A stretch of 64,000 bases of DNA from Chitinophagales bacterium (GTDB lineage: Bacteria; Bacteroidota; Bacteroidia; Chitinophagales; BACL12): contig JAIBBA010000003.1 in the NCBI GenBank assembly GCA_019694895.1, positions 2,313 through 66,312 of the forward strand, written 5' to 3'. The notes below the pieces were generated by a model, which was given only the letters and a program-made list of their open reading frames with translations, made no database searches and was not told the origin of the DNA. Below are positions 8,801-17,739 of this stretch, piece after piece. A program made the translations under genes and the position numbers. The first letter of the stretch is position 1, and every line of letters begins with the position of its first letter.

Positions 8801-10399
8801 ATGCATAAGGTCGACTTTCTTGTCATCGGATCGGGAATTGCGGGATTAACGTTTGCATTAAAAACGGCGCGAAAATTTCCTTCTCGCACAATTGCCATTA
8901 TCACTAAAGCTGAAGAGGACGAAACAAATACAAAATATGCTCAGGGTGGTATTGCCGCAGTATGGGATTTTGAAAAAGACAGTTACGAGCAACACATTAA
9001 CGACACCTTGATTGCGGGTGACGGATTATGTAAGCGCGATATCGTTGAAATAGTGGTAAAAGAAGGACCTGAACGCGTACGTGAAATAATTAATTGGGGT
9101 GCCGATTTCGATAAAACTAAAGAAGGCGAATATGCGCTTGGCAAAGAAGGTGGTCATTCGCAGTTCCGGGTTTTACATCACAAAGATGTTACCGGAAAAG
9201 AAATAGAAAAAACATTGTTGGAAGAAGCACAATCGCTTCCAAATATTACTTTTTTTACACATCATTTCGTTATTGATATTATTACGCAACATCATCTGGG
9301 AAGAATTGTTACACGACATTCGCCGGATATTCAATGTTACGGAGTATATGTGCTCAACAAGGAAAATAAATCCATAGAAACGGTATTATCGCGTATCACA
9401 GTAATGGCAACGGGTGGTGCGGGACAGGTGTATAAAAGCACAACTAATCCGCTTATTGCTACGGGCGACGGTATGGCAATGGTGTATCGCGCCAAAGGTC
9501 GGGTTGCGAATATGGAGTTTGTGCAATTTCATCCCACATCATTATATCAACCGGGAGTATCACCAAGTTTTTTAATTACAGAAGCGATAAGAGGTGCGGG
9601 TGGTGTTTTGCGCAATAGTAACGGTGCTTTGTTTATGCAGAAATATGATGCTCGTGAATCATTAGCGCCTCGCGATATTGTTGCTCGTGCCATCGATAAT
9701 GAAATGAAATTACGCGGTGAAGATTTTGTTTACCTCGATTGCACACCGATAGCAAAAGATGAATTGCTCAATCACTTCCCGAATATTTACGAAAAATGTA
9801 AATCGATAGGGCTTGACATTTTGAAAGATCCTATCCCTGTTGTTCCCGCTGCGCATTATATGTGTGGTGGTATACAAACGGATGCATTCGGACATTCATC
9901 AATTCAATATTTATATTCCTGTGGTGAGTGTTCGTCGACCGGATTACATGGCGCTAACCGACTGGCAAGTAATTCGTTGTTGGAAGCATTGGTTTTTGCA
10001 AATCGCATTTTTATTGATGCATGCGAAAAAATAGATGGCATTGCGCTTGCCGATCAAATTCCGGATTGGAATGCCGAAGGAACAGATGATCCGAAGGAGA
10101 TGGTAATGATCACACAAAGTGTGCGAGAATTGAAAGAAATCATGACCAATTATGTTGGCATTGTGCGCAGCAACGAGCGCTTAGACCGTGCATTGACTCG
10201 CTTGCATCTGCTTTACGAAGAAACAGAAAAATTATACGAGACAACTACACTCTCTCCGCAACTCTGTGAGCTAAGGAATTTAATCACGGTGGGTTTCCTG
10301 ATAACACGCGGCGCCGCCATCAGAAAAGAGTCGCGCGGATTGCATTACACCACCGACTACCCTCATCACAGCAAATGGGCTGAAGACAGTATGTTTTAA
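8801..10399 (+). CDS. nadB: L-aspartate oxidase
   Basis: FAD-binding motif FLVIGSGIAGL. Also HYMCGGI, GANRLASNSLLEALVF and SRGLHYTTDYP. Length 532 aa. Confidence 0.93.
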   Translation: MHKVDFLVIGSGIAGLTFALKTARKFPSRTIAIITKAEEDETNTKYAQGGIAAVWDFEKDSYEQHINDTLIAGDGLCKRDIVEIVVKEGPERVREIINWGADFDKTKEGEYALGKEGGHSQFRVLHHKDVTGKEIEKTLLEEAQSLPNITFFTHHFVIDIITQHHLGRIVTRHSPDIQCYGVYVLNKENKSIETVLSRITVMATGGAGQVYKSTTNPLIATGDGMAMVYRAKGRVANMEFVQFHPTSLYQPGVSPSFLITEAIRGAGGVLRNSNGALFMQKYDARESLAPRDIVARAIDNEMKLRGEDFVYLDCTPIAKDELLNHFPNIYEKCKSIGLDILKDPIPVVPAAHYMCGGIQTDAFGHSSIQYLYSCGECSSTGLHGANRLASNSLLEALVFANRIFIDACEKIDGIALADQIPDWNAEGTDDPKEMVMITQSVRELKEIMTNYVGIVRSNERLDRALTRLHLLYEETEKLYETTTLSPQLCELRNLITVGFLITRGAAIRKESRGLHYTTDYPHHSKWAEDSMF

Positions 10400-10493
10400 A
10401 GATGCGGGAGTAATTTTAATGTCGTTTTTTTAACATTTACAGGCCGTTTGGCGTAAAATTTGTATTGATAGCATAGGCATTTGCTACCTTTGC

Positions 10494-11771
10494 ATGATGC
10501 GTGTGTTTCTATTTGCATTGTCGATTTTGTGTGTTACGCATTTTACTGCTGCGCAAGATTACTGTTCGATGGATCGTTTCGATACCTATTTGTGGGCTGA
10601 ATCTGATATAGAAGTATTTACAAATCTTGAATATGGGCAAGCTGTAAATAACTCCGGAAACAACGAGCATTTGTTTCTGGACTTATATCATCCACCTGTT
10701 GCAGAAGATCCATTAACATATAAGCCTTGTGTTTTTTTTGTTCATGGTGGTGGTTTAGTTGGGGGAGATAAGGACAGCGAAGGTGCTAAAGATCTGGGTT
10801 ATTTGTATGCACGAATGGGCTATGTTTTTGTGAGTATCGACTATCGTGTGGGATGGAATAATGGCGATGCAGATGATGGTTGCGGCGGTGATTCGACAGA
10901 TCTAAGGCGGGCAACTTACCGAGCAGTGCAAGACACAAGGGCGGCATACCGATGGATCAAGGCCTACGGACCATTATATGGTGTAGATACCAATAACATT
11001 ATTGTTGAAGGAAATAGTGCCGGTTCAATGTTATTATTATACGCACTGTATGCCGACCAGGAAGATTATGACCCAATGTTTTACGACGAATTGGGAAGTA
11101 TAGATTCAGCAGTAAATGAGTTAACTAACTTCGGATTTGATCCAATCGGGTGCATTACAGAAGCCGCAGGTATTGAGGATACAACACTACTGTTGATAAA
11201 AGATGTCCCACATTTATTTTTTCACGGCACCTGCGATTCTATAGTTCCATTTTTTCATGGGCCAACATTTTTTTGTTTTCAACCATTTCCATATCCAACC
11301 ATGAATGGCTCATGGCCAATTGTGCAAATGTTTAAACGCAATGACCGTAACTATCACTTTTATATTGCTGAAGGCGCCGGTCATGATGCGGTAATTCCTG
11401 ATTCCATCATTGTTTATTCGGCTCCATTCATTAAGGAGATATTATGCAACGCGTCTACGACAAAAGAATTTTATCGCGTGTTGGGCAAATTCAAATGCGC
11501 GGTGGCCAATGAGGGGGAATTAGTTATCACGGATGTGTACCCAAATCCGGTGGTTAATACCATATATCTTGAGGTTACGAGCACTCGGCAACGCGAAATT
11601 ACCATCGACGTTTATAATAATCTTGGACAATCGGTGCTTTCGGGAGAACTTCCCTTTACGCCGCCAATCGGTGAATACACAATAGACCTATCGCATTTGA
11701 CAAGAGGTATTTATTATATGCGCCTCAGCCAGCGACAAGAAGAATATGTTTTGAAATTTGTAAAGTATTAA
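10494..11771 (+). CDS. Secreted alpha/beta-hydrolase (esterase/lipase type) with a T9SS C-terminal sorting domain
   Basis: Signal peptide, oxyanion-type VFFVHGGGLVGG and nucleophile elbow GNSAG. C-terminal YPNPVVNTIYLEV...GIYYMRL sorting domain. Confidence 0.75.
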   Translation: MMRVFLFALSILCVTHFTAAQDYCSMDRFDTYLWAESDIEVFTNLEYGQAVNNSGNNEHLFLDLYHPPVAEDPLTYKPCVFFVHGGGLVGGDKDSEGAKDLGYLYARMGYVFVSIDYRVGWNNGDADDGCGGDSTDLRRATYRAVQDTRAAYRWIKAYGPLYGVDTNNIIVEGNSAGSMLLLYALYADQEDYDPMFYDELGSIDSAVNELTNFGFDPIGCITEAAGIEDTTLLLIKDVPHLFFHGTCDSIVPFFHGPTFFCFQPFPYPTMNGSWPIVQMFKRNDRNYHFYIAEGAGHDAVIPDSIIVYSAPFIKEILCNASTTKEFYRVLGKFKCAVANEGELVITDVYPNPVVNTIYLEVTSTRQREITIDVYNNLGQSVLSGELPFTPPIGEYTIDLSHLTRGIYYMRLSQRQEEYVLKFVKY

Positions 11772-11781
11772 GTGCGCTTCA

Positions 11782-12540
11782 TCACTTACTTTGCATCTTT
11801 CTCATTCCCTCCACTTTCACATATCGCATAAAAACAGCTTTCGCACTTAGTGATGAAATGATGTATCCGGCCTTGCCATCAAGAATGCCTAGTTGCAAAA
11901 AATAATGTTTAATAAATCGGAAAGCAGGCTTGATTACGAAGTGATAAAATCCCGGATTGACATTTTTCTTCATAGCGTCCTGTGCGCTCCAGGTAGTGTA
12001 GCGATCCCATTTCTCCATGTAATGGAAAACATCTTTGTATGTGTGATGATCAAGCTTCGATTTCAAGTGACCAATTTTTCCGGAAGTAACAACTTCTGCA
12101 TGAACTGACTTTTCCTCATATCGACACGTATCTCGATTAAAGAATCGTATAACTTTATCGCCCTGCCAGCCACTGTATTTAATTTCCTTACCCATAAAAA
12201 AATTGCGCCTGCTGATCCAATATGCATCACAAGGTATTTCAGATTTTTTCAGGAGTGCTGTTATCTCATTACGTAGTTCGCCCGTTACCCTTTCATCGGC
12301 ATCTACTAATAATATCCATTGATGCGAGGCATTGGGAATGTTTCGATTTTTCTGACTGGCGGAATTAATATATTCACTTTGTATGATGCGCGCGCCGAGA
12401 CGCTTAGCGCGTTCGACAGTATCATCAGTACTAAATGAGTCAACTACCAATATTTCATCACACCACTGTACACTTCGAATCACCGCATCAATGTTATGCG
12501 ACTCGTTAAATGTTGGTATTAATGCAGTGATCTTATGCAT
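11782..12540 (-). CDS. Family 2 glycosyltransferase (LPS-core type)
   Basis: ALIPTFNESHNI, VVDSFSTDDT and a DXD-like VDADE motif. Its start overlaps the upstream ligase-like gene by 8 nt. Confidence 0.85.
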   Translation of the reverse strand: MHKITALIPTFNESHNIDAVIRSVQWCDEILVVDSFSTDDTVERAKRLGARIIQSEYINSASQKNRNIPNASHQWILLVDADERVTGELRNEITALLKKSEIPCDAYWISRRNFFMGKEIKYSGWQGDKVIRFFNRDTCRYEEKSVHAEVVTSGKIGHLKSKLDHHTYKDVFHYMEKWDRYTTWSAQDAMKKNVNPGFYHFVIKPAFRFIKHYFLQLGILDGKAGYIISSLSAKAVFMRYVKVEGMRKMQSK

Positions 12541-13780
12541 AAGCGGGCGTGTTACTATCGTCGATATGTTTTTTGATCAACAACAAAAATAAGAGATAAT
12601 ATGCAGTACCTAATTGAATCTCTAAAGTATGTTCTGCCATGAAAGCAAAAAGCATCATCACCAAAAAAACAGAAAACAGTAAATTTTTATAGCGTTTATT
12701 ACTTAGCCAGGGATATAAAACCGATAAAAGAAAGACCAGCAGTCCAAGCATGCCTGTAGCCGCTAAAAAATAGATATACATATTATGAGGCATCTTAGAT
12801 TTTACGAGATCGCTTTGGGCGTGTTGTTCGTATAGTTTATTCATCTCAGTTTTAATATCTCCGGCACCTACACCAAAGAAAATATTTTGCCTGGCAACCT
12901 GGAGTCCATATTCCATGCTTAATAATCGTTGTGCATCGCTGTGATCAGCTTTTATATCGCCTGCACGGATCAGGGTGATCTCATATCGGAAATAATCCAT
13001 CCTTGATTTCAGAGATGGAATATAGGTTGCAGAGCAGTATCCAATAACAAACAAGGAGACAATTCCCATTCCGGCGGCCAGATATTTTTTTCTGACGAAG
13101 GCGCTATGCAGAATTACGATAAGCAAAGCGAGATAAAGTGCCGATATCCCTGACCGCACGGCAAACACATGTATACACACCGCCAAAAAAATGGTAATGA
13201 TGCCCCACCAGTGATGTTCTTTCGGGGAAAAAAAGTAAAACCTCTTCCACCATAAATACCCCCCACAAATGATGGCAAAAGCCAGTTCCAGGCTAAAACG
13301 GATGTGATCGCCCAGGGGAGCAGGAATGGGCTGACCCATGGTGAGATCGTGATTCAGCGTCTCGTAATGCATCAGATAATTGATCAACACCACCAATGAA
13401 GTGCCAAAAATGACCACGACATAGATGCCCAGCCAACGGTGAAAAGCCCTTTCTGACATAGCTTTTACGGCAGTAAACCCAAGCGGAATGGCCAAAAACG
13501 GGAGTTTCATGCGGCAGCGGTCGACCCAATAGCCGATATCGCTGCTCCAAAATCCTGAGAATAGGTACACCAGGAAGAGGGCAGCACAAAGCATGGCAGT
13601 AGTATCGGAGAACCATTTACGAAAATTGCTACCGGCCCTGATATTGATAAAGGCATTACACATGAGGGTGATAGTTGCCACACTGAGGACCACTTTTGAA
13701 GTGACTAGGCCGACAATAAGTCCGAGAATTGCCAGTGAGGCAAAAAACTGATTGGGAAAAACCCTGAGTAATGATCGCAT
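12533..13780 (-). CDS. O-antigen ligase (Wzy_C/WaaL-like) family membrane protein
   Basis: 415-aa protein with more than ten hydrophobic helices and a periplasmic loop. FFGVGAGD and MPHNMY motifs. It is translationally coupled to the GT2 gene. Confidence 0.65.
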   Translation of the reverse strand: MRSLLRVFPNQFFASLAILGLIVGLVTSKVVLSVATITLMCNAFINIRAGSNFRKWFSDTTAMLCAALFLVYLFSGFWSSDIGYWVDRCRMKLPFLAIPLGFTAVKAMSERAFHRWLGIYVVVIFGTSLVVLINYLMHYETLNHDLTMGQPIPAPLGDHIRFSLELAFAIICGGYLWWKRFYFFSPKEHHWWGIITIFLAVCIHVFAVRSGISALYLALLIVILHSAFVRKKYLAAGMGIVSLFVIGYCSATYIPSLKSRMDYFRYEITLIRAGDIKADHSDAQRLLSMEYGLQVARQNIFFGVGAGDIKTEMNKLYEQHAQSDLVKSKMPHNMYIYFLAATGMLGLLVFLLSVLYPWLSNKRYKNLLFSVFLVMMLFAFMAEHTLEIQLGTAYYLLFLLLIKKHIDDSNTPAYA

Positions 13781-13879
13781 GTTGCTAAAAATTCGTAGCA
13801 GTGTTATCGGTAGCGGTCGGGTTTGGGTGAATAGGGAACCAAATGTAGATATTTTCTCTTAATAAGCCCAAAGGCGTGC

Positions 13880-14503
13880 ATGTCGGAATTGGCAACAAAG
13901 AGCAAAAGAGCTAATTTTAAGCCCGTGGAGAATGGCAACCTAACGAAAAGCGCGAAAGACCGTATTTTTTCGAAAGAGTTCCTTCCGCACATGGACGCGC
14001 TGTATAACTTCGCTTTCCACCTTACGCTGGATGAAGATGATGCAAACGACCTGGTGCAGGAAACTTTTTTGAAGGCGTATCGATTTATTGCATCGTATCA
14101 GCAAGGAACGAATGCGAAAGCGTGGTTGTTCAAGATCCTGAAAAACGGGTTCATAAACGATTACCGTCGCAAAACGAAGCAACCCTCGAAGGTTGATTAT
14201 GATGAAGTGGTGAGTTACCACGACACAGATGATGAGGGGCATGTGGAGTATTTAGATTTGCGTCAGGAATTATTTCAGGGCATGATGGGCGATGAGGTAA
14301 CGAAGGCCCTGAGTGAATTACCGGTCGACTTTAAAACCATTATCCTGCTTTGCGATATCGAAGAGTTCTCATATGAAGAAATTGCGAGGATCATCGATAT
14401 TCCCATTGGTACTGTGCGTTCGCGTTTACATCGGGCACGCAATATTTTAAAAGAAAAACTACGCGAATACGCCCAAAAGGAAGGGTTTAAAGAAAAACGT
14501 TGA
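13880..14503 (+). CDS. ECF-type RNA polymerase sigma-70 factor
   Basis: Region 2 reads DLVQETFLKAYRFI...AWLFKILKNGFINDYRR. Region 4 reads FSYEEIARIIDIPIGTVRSRLHRARNILKEKL. It has an N-terminal extension of about 30 aa. Confidence 0.88.
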   Translation: MSELATKSKRANFKPVENGNLTKSAKDRIFSKEFLPHMDALYNFAFHLTLDEDDANDLVQETFLKAYRFIASYQQGTNAKAWLFKILKNGFINDYRRKTKQPSKVDYDEVVSYHDTDDEGHVEYLDLRQELFQGMMGDEVTKALSELPVDFKTIILLCDIEEFSYEEIARIIDIPIGTVRSRLHRARNILKEKLREYAQKEGFKEKR

Positions 14504-14505
14504 TT

Positions 14506-14760
14506 ATGGACCAACAATTACCCAAACACGATTGTAGAAACTTCGTAAAAAAGGTGTTCCTAGTGCTTGACGGAGAACTGCCTGAAGAAGAGCGCAATCT
14601 CTTTATCGCCGATATTCAGCGTTGCAAAGGCTGTCTTGAACACTATCATATAGAAAAGACTTTTAAGGATTTTCTCTCAGTAAAAGTGGAAAGAAAAGAA
14701 TGCAGCAACAAACTGCGCGATGAGATCCGCAATATGGTAAATAATAACCCCGAAGCCTGA
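14506..14760 (+). CDS. Small RsrA/ZAS-like anti-sigma factor
   Basis: Starts 2 nt after the sigma gene stop. About 84 aa, with ...DCRNFVKKVFLVLDGELPEEERNLFIADIQRCKGCLEHYHIEK. This resembles the anti-sigma-R (HxxxCxxC) family, but Asp sits where the His would be. Confidence 0.6.
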   Translation: MDQQLPKHDCRNFVKKVFLVLDGELPEEERNLFIADIQRCKGCLEHYHIEKTFKDFLSVKVERKECSNKLRDEIRNMVNNNPEA

Positions 14761-14907
14761 TCACAATCTTCTCTTTACAATAAGCCAAAAGGCAATCAAA
14801 ATTTTTGTTGGTAATTTTTATTGTTGGTTAAATCGCCATGAGCGACCTTTAACCTTTACAATTACTCACCATTGACGACCATTTTCGTCCAATTAAATTA
14901 ATATCCT

Positions 14908-15705
14908 ATGGAACCGGATTATATCTCTATTAATCGCAAGGCATGGAACGATAAAGTTGATGCTCATGTGCAATCAGAATTTTATAATGTTGCCGGTTTT
15001 CTAAATGGCGAAACCTCCCTGAAACATATTGAACTGGAATTACTTGGTGATATTTCCGGAAAGCGTATTTTACACTTACAATGTCATTTTGGTCAGGATA
15101 CAATTTCGCTGGCGCGCATGGGTGCATATGTCACCGGCGTCGACCTTAGCGATGTAGCCATTGCAAAAGCTAAAGAGTTGGCCGCAACGACAGGTGCTTC
15201 GGCTAATTTTGTTTGTTGCAATATCTATGACCTCGCGCAGCATATTTCTACCCCATTTGATATTGTTTTTACCAGCTATGGTACGATAGGTTGGTTGCCG
15301 GATCTGAAAGCATGGGCTGCATTAATTAGGCAGTTTTTGAAAGCAGACGGTAAATTAATTTTTGTTGAATTTCATCCTGCCGTTTGGATGTTCGACGATG
15401 ATTTCAAAGAAATCAAATACAATTATTTCAATACAGGAATTATTGAAGAAACGGAAGAAGGCACCTACGCCGATAGGGATGCCGATATACACAATAAGAC
15501 AATAAACTGGAATCACGGCATAAGCGAGGTGGTGCAAAGTTTATTAGATAACGATTTATCTATTACCGGCATTCATGAGTATGATCATTCGCCGTGGCCT
15601 TGTTTCAGGCACATGGAAAGCGATGGGAAAGAATCATTTTATATAAAACATATCGGGAAGAAAATTCCCATGGTGTATGCCATCACCGCAGAGCGAAAAG
15701 TCTGA
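14908..15705 (+). CDS. Class I SAM-dependent methyltransferase
   Basis: Motif I-like ILHLQCHFGQDT, a post-I acidic residue in GVDLSD and a Rossmann-like alternation. Length 265 aa. Confidence 0.75.
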   Translation: MEPDYISINRKAWNDKVDAHVQSEFYNVAGFLNGETSLKHIELELLGDISGKRILHLQCHFGQDTISLARMGAYVTGVDLSDVAIAKAKELAATTGASANFVCCNIYDLAQHISTPFDIVFTSYGTIGWLPDLKAWAALIRQFLKADGKLIFVEFHPAVWMFDDDFKEIKYNYFNTGIIEETEEGTYADRDADIHNKTINWNHGISEVVQSLLDNDLSITGIHEYDHSPWPCFRHMESDGKESFYIKHIGKKIPMVYAITAERKV

Positions 15706-15707
15706 AA

Positions 15708-16883
15708 TCAGTAATCAGTTTTTTTTCCGATAGTTATTGGCAGGCTAATCCATGTATCAACAGGAACATTTTGGACTTTTCCCGGAATCCAGGCCGGCAT
15801 ATTATTCACGGCTTTAAGTACGTTTTCGTTTGGCAATAAATTAATTCCCTGAACAACATATGCATTTGCGATGGTGCCATTTTTTTGAACGACAAATCGC
15901 ACATAAACAACACCTTCACTCACGCTTAGGGGCAATTCAAGATTTGCATTGAAATAATCGACTAGCGCTTTTTCACCGCCCACAAATTGCGGTTGAACAT
16001 CTGCCATCATAACAGAATCACCTTGTTGGAAGTCGTCCATTGTTTCTGTATCTGATGCGCCGGCGGGAGCCCCGCTGTAATCTTTTGTTAATTCGTTTTC
16101 TTTATTTGGCTTGTCTTCATCTTTACGTTTGAAGACTTGCTTTTTATCACTTAGCACGGCAACCTCTTGTATTGATTTTGTTTCAAGAAGAAAATCTCCG
16201 TTGCTCATTTCCGGAATAGCGCTTAACACCGCTACATTGGTGCGGAAATATGCATCTGCAACGGCTGGTTTTACAACATCTAAATTGCCAACAGTGCTGA
16301 AACCTTCGGACACATTTATGCTTTCATCAATACTGAATTTATCATCTCCGGATAAATCTTCAGTTGCTTCAGACGCGGTGAATTCGTTTTCTATTACTAC
16401 CGGTTGAACATTGCTTTTTCTATTTATTTCAATGGTACTTGCTTCTACATTTGAATCGCCTGCGCCCATACCTATGGTATCTGCATTATTAAATGCGGGA
16501 TGTTGTTGTGCCGATTCTACGAAGGCTATTTCTGATTCACTTGTTTTTTTATTGAGTTCGCGCATGATGATGAGGGTTGCACCAAGGAACACCAATATGG
16601 TTGCCGCGGCAGCATACTTTCTCAACTGACTGCCAAAACCGGTTTTTGCACCTGCGGCGATGCGCGCATCTACTTTGGCGTAAATAGCATCCAAAGCTTT
16701 TTGCACCTGTTCGGGCGTTGCATATTGAAGCCCTTCGATAGCATCTGCCAAAAATGGATCATCAGCCATTAATTGTTCAATACGACGACATTCAGCTTCC
16801 GACAATTCACCTTTGTGGTATGCCAGAAGTTGTTCGGTTGTAATTAAACCGCCTTTGATAGTATGTAGGCTCGGTTTATCCAT
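15708..16883 (-). CDS. Anti-sigma-like membrane protein with a C-terminal TonB domain
   Basis: N-terminus LLAYHKGELSEAECRRIEQLMADDPFLADAIEGL is anti-sigma-like. There is a single TM helix (AAATILVFLGATLIIM). The C-terminus QPQFVGGEKALVDYFNANLELP...YVRFVVQKNGTI is a TonB_C fold. Its start overlaps the ECF sigma gene by 8 nt. Confidence 0.7.
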   Translation of the reverse strand: MDKPSLHTIKGGLITTEQLLAYHKGELSEAECRRIEQLMADDPFLADAIEGLQYATPEQVQKALDAIYAKVDARIAAGAKTGFGSQLRKYAAAATILVFLGATLIIMRELNKKTSESEIAFVESAQQHPAFNNADTIGMGAGDSNVEASTIEINRKSNVQPVVIENEFTASEATEDLSGDDKFSIDESINVSEGFSTVGNLDVVKPAVADAYFRTNVAVLSAIPEMSNGDFLLETKSIQEVAVLSDKKQVFKRKDEDKPNKENELTKDYSGAPAGASDTETMDDFQQGDSVMMADVQPQFVGGEKALVDYFNANLELPLSVSEGVVYVRFVVQKNGTIANAYVVQGINLLPNENVLKAVNNMPAWIPGKVQNVPVDTWISLPITIGKKTDY

Positions 16884-17442
16884 TTTGCTTCGTCAAAAAT
16901 ATCTTCAAATTTCGTTTTCCGTTCTGAATGTAACTTTTTACTTGTTTCAAGTCGTATCCGGTGATCTCAGCAACCTCAACATAGCTTTTATCCTGAAGGT
17001 AGAACAGTTCAACACAGATTTTCTGCTCCTCATTCAGGGTTTTAATGCCTTCCTCCAGCCTATTAAGCTGTGCTTCCTTGATATCACTGTCATCATCAAG
17101 ATGCGCGGTGAGGCCTGATTCCATACCACCATCTTCATCATTTTCAAGATTATACTCCGGCAATTCTACTGTTTCATGGCCTTTTCGCTTCCTAATCAGC
17201 ATCAGGCATTGGTTTTTGGCTACCATATACAGCCAGGGTTTGAACTGCTGCACCTGGTGCTGTTTCAGATCGACCATGAGCTTCTCAAACACCATCATAG
17301 CAACGTCTTGAGCCTCCTCGGGGTCTTTCATATACTTCAGACCGACACCGTAAACAAGGTGCGCATACCGTTTATAAAGCTCTCCCACCAATGAGGTGTC
17401 GCCCGACTGCTTGTAAGCCTCAATGAGAGCCTCATCAGTCAT
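16876..17442 (-). CDS. ECF-type RNA polymerase sigma-70 factor
   Basis: MTDEALIEAYKQSGDTSLVGELYKRYAHLVYGVGLKYM... is region 2. LFYLQDKSYVEVAEITGYDLKQVKSYIQNGKRNL is region 4. The ORF-track start at 17484 is GTG. The ATG at 17442 gives the typical N-terminus. Confidence 0.88.
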   Translation of the reverse strand: MTDEALIEAYKQSGDTSLVGELYKRYAHLVYGVGLKYMKDPEEAQDVAMMVFEKLMVDLKQHQVQQFKPWLYMVAKNQCLMLIRKRKGHETVELPEYNLENDEDGGMESGLTAHLDDDSDIKEAQLNRLEEGIKTLNEEQKICVELFYLQDKSYVEVAEITGYDLKQVKSYIQNGKRNLKIFLTKQNG

Positions 17443-17488
17443 TTCGGAGGGGCGCCGCCGACGTGGAAAAAGGAGCTGAAACACAGGG

Positions 17489-17518
17489 TAAAGATAATAT
17501 ATGAGGTTTAAGCGACAA
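17489..17518 (-). promoter_or_regulatory. Candidate promoter for the ECF sigma/anti-sigma operon
   Basis: On the minus strand: TTG (17518-17516), a 19-nt spacer, then TATCTTTA (17496-17489). This matches 7 of 8 positions of the TAnnTTTG -7 box and lies about 50 nt upstream of the ATG. Confidence 0.25.
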
Positions 17519-17739
17519 TGTATGCCACGGCTAATGACCCCGGTTAACGGTTTTCCGGCAATATGGTCTCATTCGCCGGCGTGAGCACGACAAGAAAGTG
17601 CCTGTTGGTGAAAAGGGCTTCAATCAATTAATGGATAGTTTCATGCAGAAAATGGAGTATTTCGCTCAAAACCGTTTGTCCGGTTTTAGGTTAGTTGCTA
17701 CTTTCGAACTGTAATTATTCATCAACCCAATCTTTAACT

